The notes beneath the pieces were generated by a model that was not told the origin of the DNA, made no database searches, and was given only the letters and a program-made list of their open reading frames with translations. The position numbers and the translations under genes are program-made. A stretch of DNA of 64,000 bases, taken from the NCBI GenBank assembly GCA_017407225.1, contig JAFQWY010000044.1:25-64024 (forward strand), read 5' to 3'. This stretch comes from Clostridia bacterium (GTDB lineage: Bacteria; Bacillota; Clostridia; Oscillospirales; CAG-272). Below, piece after piece: positions 6,436-13,582 of this stretch (position 1 is its first letter; each line of letters starts with the position of its first letter).

Positions 6436-7012
6436 TTGAAGAAAAGACTGGCGTCTTTTCGATTTTTATTTTCTCTCCTGCGCGGAGGGCGGACAAGAGG
6501 ACTTATCGAAGCCCTCTTGTCAATCACCACGACCCGAGGGTTTTCCACCCTCAGGACTCCCTCCGCCGCGGGCGCGTACCCGTGTAGCTGAAATTTTATA
6601 GCGATCTCCCGTCAGGGATGGGGCTCGAAGATTTCCCCGTTCTGTTCAGTCACTTTCTGCGAAAGTGGGCGGGCTGGCGAGACATAACTACTGCGGGCAC
6701 TGAAAGCCGTGAAGCGCACTTGCGCGGTTTGGAAACTTAAACAAAGCTTAACGGCTGTATGTTTGGCATAAATCCCAGCTGATATCACGCCCCCGGCGTC
6801 GTCAGTTGAAATCCAGCCCCAAAAATACGCACTGTCCGTGCACAATCCTCCAAAACTGCAGCAGCGTACCAAGACGCGGAACCCAATAAGGGAGAAGCCG
6901 AAGAACCGTAGGTTCGCGGGGCCGGGATCGTTAAGGTCGCGGCCTGAGCGATCTTAACCGCCCCACGCGCAGTGGAGAAATAAAATCGAAAAGACGCCAG
7001 TCTTTTCTTCAA
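6436..7012. repeat. 577-bp element made of two inverted copies of a roughly 270-300-nt structured repeat (family copies A-left and A-right)
   Basis: Terminal inverted repeats TTGAAGAAAAGACTGGCGTCTTTTCGATTTT.. lie at 6436-6490 and 6958-7012 (complement). Homologous copies are at 16853-17115 and 24330-24619. I see no credible ORF inside. Confidence 0.85.
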
Positions 7013-7195
7013 TATATTCCCTCAGCTTACCCCAAGCTGACAATACAGCCGTACGCCAGTACATCCATTATACCACGCTCCACCCGTTTTTGCAACCTTT
7101 TATCGAAAAAGGCGATGCCCCGCTGCAGGCTGAATCTTTATTCACAAAAAAACCGTCTGCGTAAGGCAAATACTCAACATTCTGCATCAAAACCG

Positions 7196-7224
7196 TTGAC
7201 ATCCTTCATGGACTGTGCTATAAT
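7196..7224 (+). promoter_or_regulatory. Consensus sigma-A promoter
   Basis: TTGACA (7196-7201), 17 nt, TATAAT (7219-7224), with a TGc extended -10. It lies about 50 nt upstream of the 7278 ORF. Confidence 0.7.
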
Positions 7225-7277
7225 ATTGGCATTAACCCGAGAATCCCCGGTTTTTCTGAAAGTCAGGTTCAATTATT

Positions 7278-8714
7278 ATGCAAAAAGATGAAATGAAATC
7301 ATATACATCCCGCGTGAATAGCGAAACCCGCGAGCATGAAACAAAAGTGGAATATTCCGACTCCACGCACCTTATCGAGCAGTCCGCGTACCGGTACTCC
7401 CTGCAGGAGAGAGCCGATCCCAACCTGTACCGCCTCCTCTTCGACTACGAATCCGTGCCGAAGGTTTCCTTCAACCACCGCTTCGTACCCATCGGCATGC
7501 CGGAGCATATCTGGATCACCGACACCACCTTCCGCGACGGTCAGCAGGCACAGGAACCCTTTACCGTGAAGCAGATCACCGACCTGTACCGCATGATGCA
7601 CCGTCTGGGCGGCCCCAGGGGTCTGATCCGCCAGTGCGAATTCTTCGTCTATACGGAAAAGGACCGTGAGGCACTGCAGGAATGCCAGGCTCTGGGCTAC
7701 GAATTCCCCGAATGCACCACGTGGATCCGTGCGGCAACCAAGGACTTCCAGCTGGTAAAGTCCCTGGGCATCCGGGAAACCGGCGTGCTGGTATCCTGCT
7801 CCGACTACCATATCTACAACAAGATGGGGCTGACCCGCGCATCCGCTCTGGATAAGTACCTGGGCGTCATCAAGGAAGTGCTTGACATGGGTATGTCGCC
7901 CCGCTGCCACTTCGAGGACATCACCCGTGCCGATTTCTACGGCTTTGTGGTTCCCTTCGCGGAAGCTCTGCAGGTTCTCTCCGAGCAGTACGGGATTCCG
8001 GTGAAGATTCGCGCCTGCGACACCATGGGCTACGGAGTTTCCTATCCCGGCGCCGCCCTCCCCAGATCCGTACCGGGCATCATCTACGGTCTGACCCACT
8101 ATGCCGGCGTTCCCTCCGAGATGCTGGAATGGCACGGCCACAACGACTTCTACAAGGCAGTCACCAACAGCGCCACCGCATGGCTTTACGGCTGCTCCTC
8201 CGTCAACTGCACCCTGATGGGCATCGGCGAACGGTGCGGCAACACGCCTCTGGAAGCCATGATCATGGAATACGCCTCCCTCCGCGGCACCACCGACGGC
8301 ATGGACACCACGGTCATCACCGAGATCGGCGAATACTTCCGCAACGAGATGGGCTACGACATTCCCCCGAAGACTCCCTTTGTGGGACGTGACTTCAACG
8401 TGACCAAGGCCGGCATCCACGCGGACGGTCTGATGAAGGACGAGGAGATTTACAACATCTTCAACACGGAAAAGCTCCTGAACCGCCCGGCACAGGTGGC
8501 CATCGACTCCCACAGCGGTCTGGCAGGACTGGCGTACTGGATCAAGAACCGGTGCCCCGACAAGCATTCCCAGACTGTTGACAAGCGTTCCCCCGTTGTG
8601 CAGAACATGAAGGAACTGATCGACTACGAATACGCCAGCGGACGCACCACGACGATGAGCGACAGCGAGCTTCTGATCCTCTACCGCGCCGCCAAGGAAA
8701 TGTGCGAAGAATAA
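7278..8714 (+). CDS. HMGL-like aldolase-type synthase (2-isopropylmalate / homocitrate / Re-citrate synthase family)
   Basis: ITDTTFRDGQQA, CHFEDITRAD, EWHGHNDFYKAVTNS and GIGERCGNTPLE are hallmark motifs of the DRE-TIM HMGL family. The length and N-terminal extension resemble clostridial Re-citrate synthase. The exact start is uncertain. Confidence 0.8.
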   Translation: MQKDEMKSYTSRVNSETREHETKVEYSDSTHLIEQSAYRYSLQERADPNLYRLLFDYESVPKVSFNHRFVPIGMPEHIWITDTTFRDGQQAQEPFTVKQITDLYRMMHRLGGPRGLIRQCEFFVYTEKDREALQECQALGYEFPECTTWIRAATKDFQLVKSLGIRETGVLVSCSDYHIYNKMGLTRASALDKYLGVIKEVLDMGMSPRCHFEDITRADFYGFVVPFAEALQVLSEQYGIPVKIRACDTMGYGVSYPGAALPRSVPGIIYGLTHYAGVPSEMLEWHGHNDFYKAVTNSATAWLYGCSSVNCTLMGIGERCGNTPLEAMIMEYASLRGTTDGMDTTVITEIGEYFRNEMGYDIPPKTPFVGRDFNVTKAGIHADGLMKDEEIYNIFNTEKLLNRPAQVAIDSHSGLAGLAYWIKNRCPDKHSQTVDKRSPVVQNMKELIDYEYASGRTTTMSDSELLILYRAAKEMCEE

Positions 8715-8729
8715 ACAGAACAGACACAA

Positions 8730-8768
8730 AAATCCCGACGGATCCTGAGATTCGCCGGGATTTGTTTT
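8730..8768. terminator. Bidirectional terminator between convergent genes
   Basis: AAATCCCG (8730-8737) pairs with CGGGATTT (8756-8763). It is followed by GTTTTGG on + and preceded by an A run. Confidence 0.55.
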
Positions 8769-8770
8769 GG

Positions 8771-9019
8771 TCAGAACAGCTTCTTCAGAACGCCGCCGAG
8801 AGTATCGCCCAGCTTGCCGTCCAGGGCGTCGTCCAGCTTGTCGAAGCTGAGCTTTGCCTTTACGCCGTCAACGACTGCTTCCAGCTTTTCGTCGGGAAGG
8901 TCGATGCCGATGAGCTTTTCCACAACTTTGATGGGGTTCTTCTTGAAATCGTCCAGCAGATCCTTGTTTTCGGTCAGCTTTTTCACGATCTCCTCAATTT
9001 TATCCTTCAGTTCTTCCAT
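8771..9019 (-). CDS. Small acidic helical protein, unknown function (82 aa)
   Basis: An internal start of track ORF 8771..9088 gives MEELKDKIEEIVKKL..., with GGAGAGG RBS 6 nt upstream. Confidence 0.65.
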   Translation of the reverse strand: MEELKDKIEEIVKKLTENKDLLDDFKKNPIKVVEKLIGIDLPDEKLEAVVDGVKAKLSFDKLDDALDGKLGDTLGGVLKKLF

Positions 9020-9121
9020 GAGTTCCTCTCCTTTTTGTGATTGGTATGGTTCCCGTTTATTATACCATAATTCTGCACTGTTCCGCAAGAGGGGAAATGT
9101 GATCGTTTGCGGAAAATTGAT

Positions 9122-9475
9122 TCAGGGGAGTGGCGGAACTGTCTGCGGGATTTTGTACACGAGTATGGGGATATTTCTTTTTTTGCAGGCTTCAATCACA
9201 AATCCGGTTCCTTTGGATTTCCCGTCCCAGAATGCCAGAACCATATCGGCATATTCTATGATGGACAGATTTCGCTTCAGGGGTGCCCCTCTTCCGTAAC
9301 GGCTGTACTCCGGTCTGAACTCTGTCAGCGGAATTCCGTGTGCAAGCGCGTACTCTTTCGCACAGGTATCCACTCCCTTTGCGCCGCCCGACACAATTTC
9401 GGTTGTATCCTGCGGCAGATAGTCCTGCAGGTTCTCGATTCTGATCTCTCTGGATCCTATTACGGCTACTTTCAT
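9122..9475 (-). CDS. DUF2493 / SLOG-superfamily (DprA/LOG-like) protein
   Basis: The internal start MKVAVIGSR has an AAGGAGG RBS. IVSGGAKGVDTCAKEYA, RYGRGAPLKRN and VLAFWDGKSKGT match the DUF2493 pattern, which is common on phages and plasmids. Confidence 0.7.
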   Translation of the reverse strand: MKVAVIGSREIRIENLQDYLPQDTTEIVSGGAKGVDTCAKEYALAHGIPLTEFRPEYSRYGRGAPLKRNLSIIEYADMVLAFWDGKSKGTGFVIEACKKRNIPILVYKIPQTVPPLP

Positions 9476-9583
9476 GCTGCCCTCCTTAAAAATAAACTGG
9501 ATATACCGTATATCCATATGCAACATTATACCACAAAACGGATATAAAATAAACATACAATATATCTGTTATGGGAGGATGTT

Positions 9584-9787
9584 ATGGCGATCAAGAGTGT
9601 TTCCATCCGGATTGAAGAAGAGATGCTGGAAAAGCTGGGGTTTGTTTCGGATTACGAAGGGCGGTCGGTGAACAGCCACATTCTGGTGCTGATCCGCGAG
9701 AATATACGGAAGTTCGAAGAAGAACACGGAAAAATCGAAGGAAAAATCAGCCCGGACGTGAATGTGAAGCCCGCGCGGAAAAACTGA
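9584..9787 (+). CDS. Ribbon-helix-helix (Arc/CopG-type) DNA-binding protein
   Basis: A 67-aa ORF. MAIKSVSIRIEEEMLEKL.. gives the beta-strand followed by two helices typical of RHH proteins. GGGAGG RBS is present. Confidence 0.7.
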   Translation: MAIKSVSIRIEEEMLEKLGFVSDYEGRSVNSHILVLIRENIRKFEEEHGKIEGKISPDVNVKPARKN

Positions 9788-9796
9788 ATACAGGCT

Positions 9797-9823
9797 GCTG
9801 TACCATTTCGGTACGGCTTTTTT
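9797..9823 (+). terminator. Intrinsic terminator after the RHH gene
   Basis: GCTGTACC (9797-9804) pairs with GGTACGGC (9810-9817) with one G-U, followed by TTTTTT. Confidence 0.7.
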
Positions 9824-9856
9824 CTCCTCTGCCGGCGGCACAATACCGGTTTGTCC

Positions 9857-9885
9857 TTGACTTTTCCGCCTCCATCGTTTACAAT
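9857..9885 (+). promoter_or_regulatory. Sigma-A promoter of the glycyl-radical enzyme gene
   Basis: TTGACT (9857-9862), 17 nt, TACAAT (9880-9885). Confidence 0.6.
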
Positions 9886-9936
9886 AGATTTATCAATCCA
9901 ATGATTTTCCACCCCGGATTCCGGAAAGGAGATGCC

Positions 9937-11907
9937 ATGAATTCTGCTGCCGAATTGTTTTACGAAATCGGTGAACCCTATGCCGCCGGTTTGTTTGAAG
10001 AGCCGGAAAGGGATTATTTCTGCCGCCACGCCATTGCCAATGCGCGGTACCTGGAGTACGTGAAGCCTGCCCTTTACGACGAGGGAGAACTGCTGTACCC
10101 TGCCAAAACCAAGTACGCGCAGTCCGGGTACGCGGTCACGCCCCAGTTTGCCCACACCTACCAGATCGACTGGGGGAAGCTGGAGGCAAAGAGCAAAGAG
10201 GCCGCCGCTCTCATGCGGGAGTTCCATGCACTGAGCCGCAGCCCCGGAGGATGGACCCACGCGGCGCCCAACTACAAACGGATCATCCGTGAGGGGCTGG
10301 ATTCCTATCGTGAGCGGATTCTGGCACAGCCCGAGGGGGACTTCCGGGACGGTCTGCTGGCTCTCGTGGACGGTATGAAGAGCTACATCACCCGGAGCGC
10401 GGAATATCTGAAGTCCGTTGGTGCACCCGGGGAGCTGATCGCGGCTCTCGAAAAGGTGCCCTTCCGCCCGGCTGAGACCTACTACGAAGGGCTTGTGGCG
10501 TGGAACGTGATCTTCTACTTCGACGGCGCGGACAATCTGGGCTCCCTCGACGACGGGCTTGCCCACCTGTACAGAGGCGAGGACTACACCCACATCATCG
10601 GTCAGCTGTTCGACAACATCGATGCGGTTGGCACATGGTCCTGCACGGTGGGACACGTTTACAACGAAATCACCGAACAGGCGCTCCGTGCCATCAAAAA
10701 CCGCCGCAGACCCATGCTGGAGCTGGTGGTGCGGGAGGATATGCCGGAGAAGCTGTGGAAAATCGCCGTGGAAAATATCCGGTGCGGCTCCTGCAATCCG
10801 TCCTTCTACAACGACCGGGGCATCCACGCCATGCTGAAAGACCGGTTTGCCCACATCCCGGACAGCGAACTGGATCTGTTCTGCGGATGCGGATGTACGG
10901 AAACCAATCTGCAGGGACTGACCCGTGCGGGCGGAACCGACGACAACATTCCGCTGGCGCTGATTTTCGAGCGGTATATGCACGCCCACCTGAGAGAAGC
11001 TAAGACGTTTGAAGAATTCTACGAAGGACTGTGCCGCGAGACGGAAAAGGAAATCGACGTCCAGCTGGATGCCATCGTGGAGCGGTACGAGTACATGGCA
11101 AAATACCTGCCCAACCCCATCCGGACCCTGTTCACCGATGACTGCATCGAAAACGGGAAGGACTTCAACGCGGGCGGCGCACGGTACACGTGGACACAGT
11201 CCTCCGACAGCGGGCTGATCAACACCGTTGACTCCCTTCTTGCCATCCGCGAGCTGATCTTTGAGAAAAAGATGTTCACGGCGGATGAATTCCTCGCAAA
11301 GCTGACGGCGGAGGACGAAGCGTTCTACCTTCTCCTGAAGCAGTGCCCCTGCTTCGGTACGGACAACGAGGAGGCCGATGCCCTCGCCGCCGATTATGCC
11401 GGTCGTGTCTACAGCGTGTACCGGAACAAGCCCCCGAAGAGCTTCATTGACGCCTACATCCTCACGGAGCACCAGTTCCTGCGGTACGAAGGTGAGGGCA
11501 GACGGGTTGGCGCAACTCCCGACGGACGGAAGAAAGGCGAGCCCACCTGCGACTCCATTGCCGCCATCCGGGGAAAAGCCGTGGACGGGCCCACCGCGAT
11601 GCTGAAAAGTGCGGCGAGACTGCCCCAGCATCTGGCGGACGGCATCTCCGTGCTGAATCTGACGCTGGCGAAGAATTTTGTGGGAGAAACCCTGTGCTCC
11701 CTGGTGAAATCCTACTTTGCCATGGGCGGCATTCAGGTGCAGGTGACCTGTACTTCCGTTGAGGAGCTGAAGGATGCCATGGTGAACCCCGACAAGCACC
11801 GGGATCTCATCGTCCGGGTGGGCGGATATTCCGATTACTTCGTGAATCTAACCCCGGCGCTCAGACAGACCGTGCTTGAGAGAAATATCCACGAGCTGGG
11901 CGGCTGA
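9937..11907 (+). CDS. Glycyl-radical enzyme (PFL2 / glycerol-dehydratase-like family), short form of about 656 aa
   Basis: The C-terminal glycyl-radical motif LIVRVGGYSDYF, the GATPDGRKKGEP motif and a mid-protein Cys loop FCGCGCTETN (G-C-x-E) are present. The start at 9937 has an AGGAG RBS; the track ORF opens at 9901. Confidence 0.85.
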   Translation: MNSAAELFYEIGEPYAAGLFEEPERDYFCRHAIANARYLEYVKPALYDEGELLYPAKTKYAQSGYAVTPQFAHTYQIDWGKLEAKSKEAAALMREFHALSRSPGGWTHAAPNYKRIIREGLDSYRERILAQPEGDFRDGLLALVDGMKSYITRSAEYLKSVGAPGELIAALEKVPFRPAETYYEGLVAWNVIFYFDGADNLGSLDDGLAHLYRGEDYTHIIGQLFDNIDAVGTWSCTVGHVYNEITEQALRAIKNRRRPMLELVVREDMPEKLWKIAVENIRCGSCNPSFYNDRGIHAMLKDRFAHIPDSELDLFCGCGCTETNLQGLTRAGGTDDNIPLALIFERYMHAHLREAKTFEEFYEGLCRETEKEIDVQLDAIVERYEYMAKYLPNPIRTLFTDDCIENGKDFNAGGARYTWTQSSDSGLINTVDSLLAIRELIFEKKMFTADEFLAKLTAEDEAFYLLLKQCPCFGTDNEEADALAADYAGRVYSVYRNKPPKSFIDAYILTEHQFLRYEGEGRRVGATPDGRKKGEPTCDSIAAIRGKAVDGPTAMLKSAARLPQHLADGISVLNLTLAKNFVGETLCSLVKSYFAMGGIQVQVTCTSVEELKDAMVNPDKHRDLIVRVGGYSDYFVNLTPALRQTVLERNIHELGG

Positions 11908-12013
11908 GCTGCAGTCCGGCAGGAGAAGATCATTCCCTGATTATGAAAGACCTGTTATGAAAATGACGGGTCTTTTTCTTAGAAATTTTTACACAAATCC
12001 TCCAAAATTGTTC

Positions 12014-12042
12014 TTGTACAATCCAATTCTTTGTGATATAAT
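12014..12042 (+). promoter_or_regulatory. Sigma-A promoter
   Basis: TTGTAC (12014-12019), 17 nt, TATAAT (12037-12042), with a TGa extended -10. Confidence 0.55.
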
Positions 12043-12088
12043 GAAAATAACTATTTCATAGAACACAAAACAGACAAGGAGCAAACAT

Positions 12089-13558
12089 ATGAAACAGATT
12101 CTGAAACGTACCACTGCGGTTTTCCTGCTTCTCTCCCTGCTTCTCTCCGCCGCTGCCTGCTCGGAAAATTCCGGCAACGCGGACGATACCCAGGCGGATG
12201 CCGCCGATCCCGCTGTTACCGAAACCGAGTTCCAGCTGATCGAAGAAGACGGCACCACCCACTATGCCGACCTGATCGAAGCCGTTGACTACGAAGGCTG
12301 GACCATGCACATCGCAAACGACGGTCTCAGCTCCGACTACTTCAGCGCGTTTACCGTGGAAGAGCTGACCGGCGACGACTTCAACGATGCCATCTTCAAC
12401 CGCAACGAACGCATCATGGACAAGTTCAATATCGAGATCACGGAAACCTATGACGGCTCCGTCAGCGCCCTCAAGAACGACGTTACCGCAGGCACCGGCG
12501 AAGTGGCCTTCGGTCAGGTTCTGTTCCGCAGCTGCATGGGGCTGATCCTGCAGGACTATATCCGTCCCATGTCCTCCCTCCCCGGAATCGACCTCACCAA
12601 GCCCTACTGGGATAAAGGTTCCGTGGAAACCCTTACCTTCAACGGCAACTACTATTTCGCACACGGCGACCTTGGATGGGACCACTACGAAGGTATGGCG
12701 GTTCTCTTCTACAACGGTGAACTTCTCTCCGACAACAATATCACCGAAACCCCCTACGATCTCTACATGGATGACCGCTGGACTCTCGATAATATGCACG
12801 AGATGATGAATATCGTTTCCCGGGACACCAACGGCGACGGCAAGATGGATATCAAGTATGACGTCTTCGGCTTCACCGGACGTGACTTTGAATTCCTCCC
12901 TTCCCTCCATTCTTCCAATACCCAGCTTGTGACCTATGACAAGGATGCGGAAGATTTTGTGCTGAACTATACCGATGAAACCGTTATGGCGGTGGGAGAC
13001 AAGCTCAACGCCATGCTGAATGACGCAAACATTTCCCATCCCGCATGGGACAGCGAATCCAGAAATGTATTCAAGGAAGGCCGCGTTCTGTTCTACAGCC
13101 GTCTGCTCGGTGACTTCCGCAATCTCCGCGACAAGGAAGACGACTACGGCATCGTAAGCTTCCCCACCCTGAACGAAAACGAACCCGGCAGGGTTTACAT
13201 CCAGAACTGCTTCACCAACCTGGTTCCCGTAAGCTGTGAGGATCCGGCAAGACTGGGCACCCTGATCGAAGCCATGTCCGCGGATACCCACGACAACGTA
13301 CTGAACGTGTACATCAACAAGGCCGTCATCGGCAAGGGCGTCCGCGATGAACAGAGCGCAGAGCTGATGCGGATCATGATGACCAGACGTTCCTATGACC
13401 TTTGCTATGCATTCGGTCTCAACTCCGTTATCTCCAACTTCGGCGCAGCGCTGAAGAAGGGACAGTATTCCTCCGCAGCAAGCCGTCTGAAGAATGTCTT
13501 CAAGAAGGATATGGGCAAGAATATCGAAAAGCTCACCGAAGAATGGGTCTACGATTAA
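12089..13558 (+). CDS. Large extracellular solute-binding-type lipoprotein (orphan, no adjacent permease)
   Basis: Lipobox LSAAACS. The roughly 490-aa size and composition resemble family-1 sugar SBPs. It is a paralogue of 59381..60886, sharing EEL.G...NDAIFNRN. Confidence 0.6.
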   Translation: MKQILKRTTAVFLLLSLLLSAAACSENSGNADDTQADAADPAVTETEFQLIEEDGTTHYADLIEAVDYEGWTMHIANDGLSSDYFSAFTVEELTGDDFNDAIFNRNERIMDKFNIEITETYDGSVSALKNDVTAGTGEVAFGQVLFRSCMGLILQDYIRPMSSLPGIDLTKPYWDKGSVETLTFNGNYYFAHGDLGWDHYEGMAVLFYNGELLSDNNITETPYDLYMDDRWTLDNMHEMMNIVSRDTNGDGKMDIKYDVFGFTGRDFEFLPSLHSSNTQLVTYDKDAEDFVLNYTDETVMAVGDKLNAMLNDANISHPAWDSESRNVFKEGRVLFYSRLLGDFRNLRDKEDDYGIVSFPTLNENEPGRVYIQNCFTNLVPVSCEDPARLGTLIEAMSADTHDNVLNVYINKAVIGKGVRDEQSAELMRIMMTRRSYDLCYAFGLNSVISNFGAALKKGQYSSAASRLKNVFKKDMGKNIEKLTEEWVYD

Positions 13559-13582
13559 TCCCGCACAGCGAAAGGAAAACCC

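Noticed and set aside
6435-7012. Short peptides starting M(L)KKRLASFRF... that appear at both ends of the inverted repeat element (tail of ORF 5017..6591 and ORF 6785..7012)
   Set aside because: The similarity simply reflects the nucleotide inverted repeat. Copies B and C lack a start codon or shift frame at the equivalent position. The inter-copy differences are compensatory in hairpins rather than synonymous in codons. The element is therefore treated as non-coding.
6436-7012. Whether the roughly 577-nt element is a known large ncRNA (for example ROOL, GOLLD or HEARO/omega RNA) or a MITE of a known IS
   Set aside because: I cannot recall consensus sequences well enough to assign it. No transposase, IscB or TnpB gene is adjacent. 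I left it as an unclassified structured repeat, and it needs an Rfam/ISfinder search.
9652-11799. A 715-aa minus-strand ORF overlapping the glycyl-radical enzyme gene
   Set aside because: It is a typical GC-rich shadow frame, rich in Gly/Arg/Val/Pro with no recognisable motifs. The + strand frame carries unmistakable GRE motifs.
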